64,000 nucleotides of DNA, taken from assembly GCF_006345805.1 (NCBI RefSeq), contig NC_042998.1:191270001-191334000 (forward strand), written 5' to 3'. Source of the stretch: Octopus sinensis (lineage: Eukaryota). Positions 42,584 through 55,833 of this stretch are shown here, in pieces; position 1 is the first letter of the stretch; each line of letters begins with the position of its first letter. Both the position numbers and the translations under genes were made by a program. The notes under the pieces are model-generated. The model was not told the origin of the DNA. It did not search any database and saw only the letters and a list, made by a program, of their open reading frames with translations.

Positions 42584-42678
<95 letters not shown>
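42540..42678. repeat. (GTT)n-(CTT)n-(ATT)n compound microsatellite
   Basis: Seen directly. Confidence 0.95.
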
Positions 42679-44485
42679 CTACGTCCTGTTGTTTCTTAAA
42701 GAAATATGTACTTTTCAAGTAAACATATATCCGTTAATCGTATATAATATAAACGTTGCTTGTGATTATTGTTATGCTCTATTCAATTAACATTGTAACA
42801 TGTTTTGTTATAAAATACATGATATAATTCTTATCTCTCAGTCACCAATATTATTACTGATGTGATTAATACAAATTACGTTCTACTATTGGTTTTCTAT
42901 ATCAAATGCCAGTTTTGTGTATAAAATGACAGTTGTATTGCAAAGAATCGAGTAGTCTGCACAATGTGAAATGTCAAAAGGTAGCTGTAACTGTATTATC
43001 TAATGGTCAGAAACGTTTCTCGTGAACAAATATTTACTCATTACATTAGAAGTCTTGTTTCATCGCATGGTTTGTTTGTCGCTATATATTTATATATATT
43101 TTTTTCATATGCATACAAGATCTTTATAAAACAAACATGATCAATAGTTTGACAAAAACTGTGGTGTCAGTGTAGGATCATTAGATAAACTCTAATATAT
43201 TTATATCTATATAACCTCATAGGTTTACAGTACAAAGATTGAGAAGAAATTGCGGTAATCATTGATGCTGTCATCCAGCAAGTGATAAACACGTCGTCCG
43301 AGAAATATCAGATGGCTCGTCATTGCTCCCTGTATCAAAACGAGTTTAATATATTTTGACATACAAAGTCCTAAATCCTAGTAATTACTTAGCTCATTCA
43401 CTATGTAAGTGTCTGTGTGTGTGTGTATGCGAGAGTATGTATATATGTATGTATGTATTTATGACTGTATTTTGAATCTATGTATGCATATATGTAAGTA
43501 TGTATCACATAAAGATATTTTATGATCGACATATACATATTCAGTGCTTTTTTTTTAGTTAAGGCCAAAATGTATTTATGTTTGGTTATACATAACATAC
43601 ATACGAATATAGGTGCAGATGTTTTGTTTAAAACTAAGGTTTCTCTCTTTGTCGAAAACGTGTTCATGTCCATAATTAATTTTCTTTTATACTTGTTTGC
43701 ACATCAATAAGACTTCAATTTGCTTTTACCATCACGTCTACTTCATCATTGCCTTATCCCTTCACATTAAACACAGACTCTCACCTCTTCATATACGTAA
43801 TTTCAAATAGCCCACCAACTATTAAACACATACGAACTCACGACACATACCTCTAACCAATGGCACTCTAGAAACAGACCTGCAACTAGACACACATCCC
43901 TTCCTCCCATCTTAACTTCATCACATGCTTGATGAAATGTCTACCCCTTTACCCGTTATATTTTCACTTGCCATTTTTCTTTCTTGCTCACCCGTATGTA
44001 GGGCCGACCGTAGGGTTGCTGTTTCCCCACTCAAGGAAGCTGAACTTCGGCGTGTACAAGCTAGCAGTTGTTGACATTTCCTTGTCTTTGTGACATCCTC
44101 CTTGGTTCCTCCCAGAACATTAAGTCCTGCCCTTATGCACTACCATTCTTCTGTTAATCTAATACCTTATTTTTCAAACTTTTCCTATCCCGTGCTATTT
44201 CTTTTGAACCCATTTAATGAGCAGTACATATACGTATATGTGTAAGATGAGTCTGTATAGACGCACATACACATAATCATACACACGCATGCAGATATAT
44301 ACATTTAAATTACGGTTAGGTCATCCGCAAAAGAAGGAATTCAATGTTATCCATAGAGTATGAATAGTGTACGTTTATTAATTTTCATATAACATGCTAT
44401 GATTTTCGTCTTTCCTGGGGACACACAAGCATTAAAGTCTGTCTGTGCTCTAGGGAAACTAGAAATAGCAAATATATATGCATAT

Positions 44486-44541
<56 letters not shown>

Positions 44542-44544
<3 letters not shown>

Positions 44545-45018
44545 GCTAATCAGATAATATATAGTACCAATTCAAAGTAAATAACTCTGAAAAGGGGTTT
44601 TGTGCGTTACCAGAGAATATTATTACCCTAAGGGGTGCTAGTAATAGTATATCCATGAAAACGTCACTAACCGAAATAAGTGGATCTATTGTTAAGGAAA
44701 ATACTATTTACTTTTATAAGCGTTATACTGGATAAATAGCGAAAATATCTTTAACAGTTCAAGTACTAACAAATAAGCGCACTCAATCTCATTTTTACTA
44801 AATAATTTAGGAGAATGAATGGATTATTTCCCTTGGTTATATATAAGGATCCCTTCCAGGGGCTCTATTATCGATTTTTCAACAATCTGAGTATGTCATG
44901 AGGTTTCCAGACATGAGTTCTACTCACGTATCAAGTTTCATCAAAATCGATAAAACGATGTAGGAGTTAGCTATCAACTCCACAAACACACCCACAGATA
45001 GAATTTCCCACATATGTA

Positions 45019-45020
<2 letters not shown>
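44542..45020 (-). mobile_element. probable non-autonomous Helitron-like fragment
   Basis: aagtttcatcaaaatcg..gtaggagttag..acaaacacacccacagatagaattt..tagtata resembles the right end of 26963-27363; no CTAG or hairpin end found. Confidence 0.4.
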
Positions 45021-45069
<49 letters not shown>

Positions 45070-45703
45070 CATATACATGTGTATGTGTGTGCACATATAT
45101 GCATGTGTGTACATACATATGTCTGTGTATATGTGTATATTAGCATATAGGCAAGACGTACTAACGGATAACACTCAATATTAAGTTATTACCTTTTTAT
45201 ATACAGTACCAATCGTCGATATAATCGATTGATCCATCTCCCCCTACACAAACACATAAAAAATTAGTAACCTTGTGCTTATATAAACAACGAATATTTA
45301 CTGATTCATAACAAGTAACAATTGCTGATATTATTATTGATTTATAACATGAACACGAGGCCACAGATTTTTCGCGGAAAGTCATAATCGATTCACAGTA
45401 AATGTTTTGTATTTTATTCTAACGACCTCGAATAGTAGGATAAAAGTTTACCCCCAAAGGAATTTCGACTCAGGACATTTTTAGCGATGTACCCAAACAC
45501 TATAGGGTAATTAGAATGTCCTTGTGATGAATCTAGTACATTAATGGATAAAATTTATTTGAAAAGTTCTAGAGTAATTTTAACAGACCGCAGTGGACTG
45601 CTGTTACTTATTTTAATACTTATTTAATTCAGTCACGCAGCTTAACAGTTAGAGTTTAACATTGGATGTATTTAAATTCAAAGGTTTATATTTTTGTTTA
45701 TTT

Positions 45704-46657
45704 GGATGTTTTCCTTTTGATCGGCAGGTCGATTAATTAATTTTTTTAAGCTAAACATTTTCAAACTTCGGATACTGGTAGAATGTGTCATATAGAATAT
45801 CTTTTACTCTTAGCGTTGTTGAGAAAAGTTTGTATTTTCGAAGTTATTTCATGTTAAATTTGTCGTATTTGGGCAATTTCAACCAATCAACGACGTCTAT
45901 TGAGCTGAATAAAGTTACTGCCGTTGGTTGTCTCATCCCGGCGGTGTATATTTCGTTTGTCACTGATATTTATGGCATATTTCATCTCAGTTACATTCAT
46001 ATGAATAAACAACTGTATCTGAAGCACGTTTACTTCATGACACCACCGTAATCGTTCGTGCATTTCTACTGCTTTTAGGGTTTTTTTCCCTGTTTTTCGG
46101 CTACTATTTTCGGAAAGACTTCCACCCCCATTTTCTGGCAAATTATTGTTTTAAAAAAAGTTTTTGCAACCCCCCCCCCCCCCCCAGCTTTTCGGTTACG
46201 GAGATTCCGAAAATTACCAAAAACCGAAAGTTTGAATTTTGACCCCCCCCCCACCTCTCCAATTTCTTCGATTTTCACTTTTTCCGTAACCCTAACCCTG
46301 AAACCCCAACTCTAACCCTAACCATAAACCCCTAACCCTAACCTTAAAACACTAACCCTAACCCTAAAACCCTAAAGCTAAAACCAGTACAAACGCACGA
46401 ACGATGTCATAAGTAACAGTGACAGTTGCCGATAGTTGTTGTTGACAAACAATGGCAGTAATTTTATTCATTGATTGGTTGAAATTACCCAAATACGACA
46501 ACTTTAACACGAAATAATTTCGTAAATAGAAACTTTTCTCAACAACGCTAAGAGTAAAATATGTTCTATGTGACACATTTTACTAGTATACGAAGTTTCA
46601 AAACGTTTAGTTAAATAAAATTAATTAATCGAGCTGTCCATGAAATGGAAAAGATCC
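45704..46657. mobile_element. non-autonomous DNA transposon (MITE) with ~220-bp TIRs, 8-bp TSD and internal telomere-like repeats
   Basis: Ends ggatgttttcc / ggaaaagatcc; arms ~45704-45932 and ~46444-46657; TSD gtttattt at 45696-45703 and 46658-46665. Confidence 0.92.
46287..46385 (+). repeat. degenerate (CCCTAA)n telomere-like array
   Basis: taaccctaaccctgaaaccccaactctaaccctaacc..ctaaccctaaccctaaaaccctaaa. Confidence 0.85.
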
Positions 46658-46894
46658 GTTTATTTATTCAGTTTGGTCTCTTCTGTTCAAATTTGCCTCC
46701 ATTTGGTTATATTGAATCTGTGGCGTACATGTCTATATCTTACTTGTTACGAGTGCACGTTTTTAATTAATAGAGGAATACTTTAAGGTGGAAAACCTTT
46801 TGTACTATTAATCATCGTTTAAGTCAGCAAAAGAACTCAAGTTACAAGAATTAGCAGTAAAACCGCTCTTAAATTCTACCTTGTACATATACAT

Positions 46895-49250
46895 GATTTC
46901 AAATTTTGACTCAAGGCAAACAATATGAAGGGAAGTGGGTTACTCGAATACACCAAAAAGTTGATTGGTATTTCTTTTATTGATGCCGAAAGCGTAATTC
47001 CTCAAAGTTACCTAGACGATATTTGAACTCAGAATGGACTGAGCCGAAAAAAATGACGTGAGACATTTCTTCCAATGCCCTTTACAATTCAGTCAGCTCA
47101 ACGTCTTAATTATAATAGTAATAAAAACCGAAGACAGGTTGAATAATATATCAGGAATGTACTGAATTCTAAAGAAAGGTTAACAGTCACGTTTGGGACG
47201 GCTTTGATAATAATACTTTTTTGTCGAAGGTTAAGAAACAAGTAAGACCATAGTGGAATTTGAACTCATAACGTTAGAAGAGAGGAAACTAAGTACTGCA
47301 ACAAGGCGATAACGTACGATTTTGACACTGCATATACCTTCACTAATATCGATTTTTCACCTTGGCAGAAGGCCATAAATTCGTAGAAGCGGAATATAGT
47401 TAATTCATTCGACCTTAATATATGCCTGATAATAGTTTATCGATCTCAAAAGGATGAAAGAAAAAGTTAGCTTTGCCGAGATTTGAACTCAGACTGTAAA
47501 TATATGTAAATATTTAATACGAAGTATTTAGTCTGGCGCGGTATCATCCCTGCTCGCACATCGCTCTATATTAAAAACGAATTAAAGTCTAAGCTAAAAA
47601 AAAAACATAATCTGGAGTAAACTACCATTGGAGAGCAAAAATAAAATATTGATTTTACAGACGACTCTTATTTCACAGGTTTATCTCACACGATAAATAA
47701 TAATAGACATTGACAGTCGGTTATAAGATTTATTCTGAGTGTAACAAAGATAAAACAGTAAAACTGGTCCAGAATTATTGTGGATTGGGTTATGCGTTTC
47801 TTTTTTTATCCAATGATGCTCGATAAAGTCCGAAACATTTTTTAAAATTTTTCCTTTCGAAAAGTACATTTACTTCTTAATCGCATGTCCTATTTGTTCA
47901 ATGAAGATACATTCCTACATTCGTTGTTTTATCAATACATACAGCATTTCACCAGCCCTCAAATCGCGATCTTTTTTTCTTTTGCCATCACCACAGTTGC
48001 CGCTTCTCTGGAATTACAGATTCCATTTTTAGCCAAGTCTATGGTCGGAGCTGAAGGAGTAGACTGCACTAGACACTATCTATGTCGAACGATGAGGTAC
48101 AGTCTAGAGATAATTGGTCTAAATATACCATGCATCCACAATTACATCTAAAATATGTTCTCTTGATCATGCAGTGAGTTATTAAATGTGATTGTTTTTT
48201 GTTTGTTTCTTGTCAGAGCATTTCATTCTACAGAGTTTATGGAAATCTGATAATCATTCTGTGAGCATCAGATTTTCAGAGAATTTAACTCATGTGATTC
48301 CTTAGAGTTATTAAGTACGAACGTGAAATTGAATATCTCCAACTAGTAATCAAACCTCAAACTGCAAGCATCACTAGAAGGTGTTTAATATAGTTCTTCT
48401 TTTGTCCCAGATCAGCACTGACTGAACTGATGTATGGACGAGGTTATTTCTGCCATGAATCATCTGTCTTTATTCATGATAAAGTATATCCAAGACCACA
48501 TCAGGCACTTTTCTTTTTATTATAACAGGGTGATATTTGGCTTTTATTTCTAGCAGCTCAGTCACTCGTTGGTTTAAATGTGTTCAGTTCTTGTAGATGG
48601 TTACTCATCTGCAATAACAATGCCACAAGATCACAAGTTTATGGCTAAGAGATGTAGTCTGCACAATCAATCGTTATACTTATTTCATAGTCTGTAAAGA
48701 TGAAAGGTAAATTGACCTCAAAGAAATTTGTACTCAGATCAAAGAGAATTGAAACTAAATATCGTAAAGAGTTGACTCTGCGCTCTACCGAATCTGCAAT
48801 TCCACTGCTTTGTTTTACCTTCTTAATTATTGTGTCTGACATACATGCAAATTTATAGGGAGAAGAATAAAGGATTGAACCAAGCCATGTAAACTACAAA
48901 GCTGAGTGTTTTATTTTATCAGAACCAGAAATATGAATGATGCAGTCAGTTGACCAGAATGTAAGGGAACGTAAATATAAGGACCATGGTATCCAGTTAA
49001 ACATTCTGTCCCTGCAATAATTCAGATGTATTGTTTAGCCTTATTAGTAATGGTTTCTAATATAAGAAAAAGTCTACGAGTCTACAAATCGATCACAGTA
49101 CTAAAGTTTTATTTTATCAATACCAAGATGATGAAATCTAAAACAATTCCAGTATGATTCGAAATCAAAACGTTAAAATGTGCAATTAAACACCGCATGA
49201 AAGTCAGCTCAACTCTCTGCCACTCTGTTAATGCATTAGCCTTTTTAGCC
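46895..49250 (-). mobile_element. cluster of old family A SINE remnants
   Basis: Repeated atttgaactca-like and aaaggatgaaag-like motifs near 46900-47110, 47250-47310, 47355-47560, 48640-48810, 48840-49020 and 49050-49250. Confidence 0.65.
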
Positions 49251-49989
49251 TTATTAATAATAATAGTAATCTGATAATGAAACTTCATTCAATAGAAAAT
49301 CATATCATGTTTCTGTGAGTACAGACCACAGGAGATTCTGTTTGGCAGAGACTGACTCATGAATAACTAATAGAGAAATAGCCTATCTAACTATCATTAC
49401 ATTCAATGAACTCTTTCGAAAAGTGTTTAATATTACAAAACCTAGGAACAAAAGTCACCAGATAATAAATCCGGAAATGTCTTTCAGGATACATACACGA
49501 ATCCGTGCGAAACTCTAAGTATTCACACGAGCAAATACATACGAACACATACTTACACATACATAGATAAACACTTTTACACAACACTTAAGCAGACACA
49601 CTTAAATATATATGAAACATATACACGCAAATAAAAAGGCTATTAGTATAACAAATAAAATGGAAAAGAAACATGAAATAAAAACTGATATAATCTCTTT
49701 CCACAGAAAATTGGCAAATCCTTCTTAATACAAGAACAAAATATAAAAAAGACCACTTTTGAGAGAAGGTCGCACTTGGTTATTTCGAGCGAAAAACAAT
49801 GCCCCTTGGAAGAAACCGAATCCTGGTATAGACCACTGATAAGTACTTGAAGGTTAACGTTATGTAATCCACGATCAAGAATTTCCAGCTGTGTACATAC
49901 AACACAAAATATGAACAAAACATTAACTGAAAACATAAGGGAGGGTGAACAGAATCTAAGGCAACTCTACAAAGAACTACATTCGTATA

Positions 49990-51470
49990 ACGAGTAAAGA
50001 TTATAGGACACCAAGACATAACAGTTAAATAGATATGTAGTGACGTCTTTCTTTGATTTTCATTTTCAACCATTTCCTGCACAACTCCAAAGCTATGTTA
50101 TTCAGCAGGGGACGGAGTATATATCAAAAGGCGAGATGATTTGCCATTTAAGGTTGCTTTAGAAGTTATTCAGAGTGTTTTAAAAAAAAAGAATCGTTGT
50201 AAATCTTCCGAAAGCTGAAACGTAAACTCAATTGGGAGAAGTAATGCAGACAACTGAAAATGAAAGTTCTTCCTGGAAATCGCATGGTATCTTTTTTCTT
50301 GGTTCTGAATGATCTGAGAATCGTTCCAGCTACTCGCCTGCACAGTGTTGCAATTTTGGTAATATGCACATTGAACGTGCAAACTTTACTCATGTAGATT
50401 CCCAAGTCACGCACCAATTCTGACTCTAGGATTGTACTACCTCCCAATCCTTTGTATTTCCGATTGTAGTCTGTGTGTCGGCTGATAGTAGAATGCTCGA
50501 AACTGCTGAGTATTAAACGCATATTATTTTCATCAAGCCATTTGCATTTAGGTTGCTTTACAGTTATATAAACGTGGGCTGGAGAAAACAAGCAACATGC
50601 AGTTTAATGCTGGAATATTTCAAGCACTGTGGTATCAACCCCCAAATGCACTACAATCCCAGAGTCACTGATAGAGAGAGATTTGGGAACCAGTATGTGT
50701 AATGATGCCTCATTTCATACGCACATTACCAAGATGGCAGCAAAGAACAAATATCTAGCATGTCTGATACTAAGGTCCTTCAAGACAAGAGATTAAGCAT
50801 TCATGTTGACCCTGTGAAGGATCTCTTTTGTTAGCGGCTAGTACTACTGCTCTCATAGCGCCACATAGCGCCAGACAAACAGCGGAGCTTCAAGTGGCCC
50901 AACTCTAAAATGATTGTGATAATACAGCAGATGGACTACAGGGAAAGGCTGAAAAACAAACTACAACTGTACCTCCTGATACGAATACGCGAATGATATT
51001 TAATCTACAAGGGAAAATTCTGGAAGTACTAAAACCTAATTTCGGCATTTAGTGTTAAACAAATCCTGAAATGGACGCCTCTGTATTGTATCGAAGGTAC
51101 CGTCCATGCCATTTAAAGTTAGGAACTGATAATGCAATACCTAAGGGTTCAAAGGCCCACAAATCTTTAATGCCCTGCTAACAAAGTGAGAAACCTACAT
51201 AATGTGGACGTGGATATCTTCAAAAAGGAACTGGAGATTCTCCGTTCCACAATGCCAGATGAATCAACGGTCCGGCATCAGGTACAAATGTGGGCAGTAG
51301 TGTCAAACTCCCTAATACATCAAATGGACCTACAACCAATGGGGAAAGCGTATGCAATAGTGGTGATATGAAATCAACCTCAATGGAATGATATGGCAAA
51401 CAACAAGATCACTGTGCTGCTACAGCAATACCGAAGCCGCATAGCTGAAACGGGTAAAATAATAAAAGAA
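49990..51470 (+). mobile_element. CR1-group LINE 3' portion, decayed
   Basis: WAGEN, RDLG..NDASFHTHITKMA, ILRSFKTRD, GFKGPQIFNAL, RNLHNVDVDIFKKEL..PDE..SNSLIHQ; ends ctgaaacgggtaaaataataaaagaat. Confidence 0.8.
50171..50545 (-). mobile_element. CR1-group LINE fragment, inverted and nested
   Basis: ORF 50166-50591: KWLDENNMR..RDLGIYMS..FNVHITKIA..ILRSFRTK..SCLHYFSQL. Confidence 0.8.
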
Positions 51471-51471
51471 T

Positions 51472-51502
<31 letters not shown>

Positions 51503-51514
51503 TATATACACACT

Positions 51515-52190
51515 CTTTAACTAGTTTCAACTCGAGAGCTTCGCCCATACTGGGACATCGCCTTTACCTTTGATACACCTTCCCTATTTGAAACCTCTTA
51601 TATGTGATGATTGAGGGAATTTGATGCTGCTACCCACACCTGAGTTTCCTGTCGTCAGGTAGGTTTATCGAAAATCTTTGACAGGAGAAGACCAAGTTTT
51701 CTTTTGAAGACACCTACGTCCACTCCATGCAGATCTCTTAGGGTTTGGGGATGGATATTGGAGAATTGTAGGTCCCTGAAATCCATGCCGTTGCATTAGC
51801 TAGTTTGTACCTCGACGGTGATGTTGGGATCTTTCGCACTCTGCCGTGGAGCCCCTTTTTGTTGTGTGTGTAACTTTCAATGCCAAAGTGCTTGCAGGAT
51901 TTTCCAGATGTATATTACTGCTTTCCTTTCTGCCTTTGTTTGCGAGTAAAGTCTTAAAATCTTCAGCTTTTCCCAAAAGTTGACAGATTCCATTGAGACG
52001 ATCTTCTCTGTGTAGCCTTGCAAGATTTCTTCGAGTTGCGCCGTTAATTTTACACATTGTGGTGACCATAGTTGGGAGGAGTAATTTTAAGCGGCTGAGG
52101 ACATATGTCTGTGAAAGGATCATCATGGTTATGTGTGCTCTTCTGAAAGTTCGGCGAATCCATCCAGCTAGACGTCTGCATTTTATTGCA
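51515..52190 (-). mobile_element. CR1-group LINE 3' end, 5'-truncated
   Basis: KCRRLAGWIRRTFRR..MMILSQTYVLSRL; downstream GFQGPTI..PDDRK; 3' tail ggcgatgtcccagtatgggcgaagctctcgagttgaaactag. Confidence 0.8.
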
Positions 52191-52260
52191 TATAGTATAT
52201 ATGCATATATATATATATACTTATATATGAGTATATATTTACACACACACACACACACAC

Positions 52261-52308
<48 letters not shown>

Positions 52309-52313
52309 ACAGG

Positions 52314-52344
<31 letters not shown>

Positions 52345-52958
52345 GGAGAGAGTAAGATAGAGATCCAATGTGCTATTAGTTATTGATGACCACAGGTGTT
52401 TGCATTGCTATTTCTAGAATGTGGTGACACCACACTGAGGCTTTTCTCTTCGGATAATTTGTAAGTGGAGAGAAAGCATCATACAGACGTTGACGTCTTA
52501 TATGTATAAAAACAAAGAGGATTGGGAATGAGATGTACTTTTAAAAGTTTCTAATATAAATATAGGGAAAATACACTCCATTATATTAACCCCTCTATTT
52601 GATTTGACAGGCATTTATTGTATTGAGCCATGAGTGGTGAAAGGAAAGATCAACCTGGAATGATTGAATTTTTCAATATGAAGGGTCGTAACTTCTCTAT
52701 TGTTCTTATTCTGATATTCAACATCTTTTGAAATTTTGAAAAATACCAGTTAGAAGAGAATGTGTGTAAAAACATATAAAGACGGTAAAGAGTTTAGGTG
52801 AGATACATTTTGATAATTGTGTGATTAGATTTCAAACATTTATTGCCAGTACGTCTACAGAATACAACTAAATAGCAGTTGTGTGCATAAAGCCGCGTTT
52901 TTATTATTCTGTCTGGAAAAGACTGTAAACTGAAACAATGTAGTGAGTCTAATTTAAT

Positions 52959-53360
52959 CTGCCTGCCTGCTTGCCTGCCTGTCTGCCTGCCTACCTAGCT
53001 ACCTAGCTAGCTACCTACCTACCTACCTACCTACCTACCTACCTACCTTCATACCTACCTACCTACCTACCTACCTACCTACCTACCTACCTTCATACCT
53101 ACCGACATACATACATACATACATACATACCTACCTAGCTACCTACCTACCTACCTACCTTCATACCTACCTACCTACCTTCATACCTACCGACATACAT
53201 ACATACATACATACATACATACCTACCTACCTACCTACCTACCTACATACCTACCGACATACATACATACATACATACATACATACATACCTAGCTATCT
53301 ACCTACCTACCTACCTTCATACCTACCGACATACATACATACAAACATACATACATATAT
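52959..53360. repeat. compound (CCTG)/(CCTA)/(CATA) tetranucleotide array with higher-order unit
   Basis: Seen directly; catacctaccgacatac recurs four times. Confidence 0.9.
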
Positions 53361-55509
53361 AAATATATACAAGCATACATACAATGGTTTCTTTAAAATC
53401 TGAAAAACCAATGTCTGGTGAATTCTCGTGAAGGCAAATAATCTGAAGTATGGTTTATAACTTTCTTTAAAAATTGTTAGTTTGGAGTTAGCATAAAATA
53501 AAAGTAAAGCAATAAACGATTATTCGTTGTTTAGCTGTGGTTGGAGTTGCAGTTCCATATGATATGAAGATCCTATCAATTTGTTGTCTTTAGAAACAGC
53601 TTTCAAAAAATCCAAATTCTTCCTTTATCTGATGCAACATTGTGTATTCAGTTTGATCAAAGCAATCGATATAATTCTTCTGTTTTCATGAGAAAAATTT
53701 TGGAAATCAAAATTATTAAATTTTAATAGCTTTTCTGTTATATATATATTTTTGATGTGCAATATTTTTGATCGTTTTATATGAAATATGTATTATGTAT
53801 GCGTGTGCATAAATACATATGCCAGCTTAGTTTCACGTTTCGTTATCATGAAAGCAATTCGAACTCAACTTACTGGAGAATTAAGCAAGTACAAAAATAG
53901 CTAGAGGGTGGTGACTGGGGGAATAAAGATGTGTTACTGAATATATAATTCCAGTTCTAGACGTAAGGTTATCACTCATCGCTGAATGTAATATCATATC
54001 CTTGCCATAGGAAGTGTCGGATCACAGCAATCTTTTAAGCAAAATGAATAGAATTTCGTATCTGGCAAAGACTTTAACGTTGAAAAATCTTCCGTCAGAT
54101 ATTGAGACAGCAAAATCACTTTGAAAGCCCATTACCGGATCTACGTATGTTGTTCACGTGTGCGGATTTCACTGAAGTTTGATTAGAAAAGCAGCTGACA
54201 TTTGAGTGAAGACACAGTATTTTCTGGCAGATTAACTTGATTGGAGTCTATTAGTGAAATACAGCTGTATACTTGAATTGGTTACAAATTACCTATGGAA
54301 TCTAAACACGTACTAACAGATCATTGTTATCCACAGAGATAGAAATTTCAGCTTCTAAATGCTTTTGCACTAAACTGGTATAACAAAATATCATATGTCA
54401 AAATAGGCTTACATTGTTAAAATATCTTTTAATAATAATAATACTGCTAATAATAATGAGTTACGTTATTAGACAGAGGATGTTTGCATTGAACAATAAT
54501 GAACACTAAAAAACTGATTGATAACAATAATAATAATTGTGACTTTGTTTCAAATTTTGGCCAAGGACATTAATTTGTAGGGGAGAGTGTTAATCTATTA
54601 TTTAGATATCAGTACTTAACCGATATTCTATTTCATTGTCGTCAGTTGTTAAAAGGTATGTGATCTTAGAACATAAACAGTTAGAACAATGTAACATTCT
54701 GCCAATTACATCATCATTATTGTCAGCATCATCATGGTCGTCGTCGTCATCATCCTCATTACAACCACACTACAACCATCATCACCACTGTTATCAACAC
54801 CGTCGTCATAATCATCATCATTATTTGATTATGTTTTATAATTTTCGGTGATGTTTTTATTTTACATTTTATAATTCCCCATTCAGAGAAATTAAAATTC
54901 AAATAATTCGGAATAAAATACGAGTGTGCTATATTTATATCTTAAACTTAACTTTAGTGTCAATCATTCTCTCTCTCTCTCCACACACGCGCGCGTGCGC
55001 GCACACACACACGCACGTATGTACATGTGTATGTATGTGTGTGGTGTGTGCAGGGGTACATTTTTAACATTCATATAGTTCAATTTTCAAATAGAAAACG
55101 AAAGAACATCTCACAAACGAATATCGTCCATGCTTGTACTCATTACACACACACACACATATATATATACACATACAAACATACATAGATATATAAATAC
55201 ACACATATATACATACATGTACTCTTACATATAGTTCTTAGTTTATCTTATCCAACAGGAAGTTCCACCTCTACATGCGCACGCACACACACATATTTAG
55301 AGAAATGTATATAAAATGCACATATGTTCTTTACATTCAAGATTTGTGTTTATGTATTTCACATTCAACATAGCCCCCACTACTTTCCATTTAGCTGTAG
55401 AGAATTCTCAGAAGACAAATATCAAGATTAAGTGAATTATAACGAGTCTTACGAGATTCATGTGTTTCTAGTGACCACACAAACATACACTCCTATATAT
55501 ATATATATA

Positions 55510-55662
55510 TTTCTCCTTGTTTCTTCTTGTGTTCCTTTCTGTGGAAGAGCGTAGGCTCGAAACGTTAAAGACTTTTTCACGTCTCCAACCATTATACAAA
55601 TACATCTGTTTGCTGTCTACACCACCTGTCTTCGTCTTTTGTTTTTTGGGGGGAATTCTCTG
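55510..55662 (+). mobile_element. Penelope-like terminal repeat copy
   Basis: Reverse complement of 2618-2804; cttt-CTGTGGA-a-gagc-gtag-gctc-GAAA-cg-tt-aaag. Confidence 0.6.
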
Positions 55663-55733
55663 TATATATATATATATATATATATATGGAGAGAGAGAGA
55701 GAGAGGGAGATATATATATATATATATATATAT

Positions 55734-55771
<38 letters not shown>

Positions 55772-55800
55772 AGAGAGAGAGAGAGAGGGAGATATATATA

Positions 55801-55833
<33 letters not shown>

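Noticed and set aside
46287-46385. True telomere or chromosome fusion scar
   Set aside because: Short, degenerate, single orientation and inside a TIR element with TSDs.
45785-46576. Two similar ORFs on opposite strands (..FTLSVVEKS..YLGNFNQS)
   Set aside because: They are translations of the two TIRs of the MITE.
55688-55800. 82-bp direct duplication of ggagagagagagagagggagata
   Set aside because: It lies within a TA/GA tract; slippage or assembly artefact, and not CRISPR-like.
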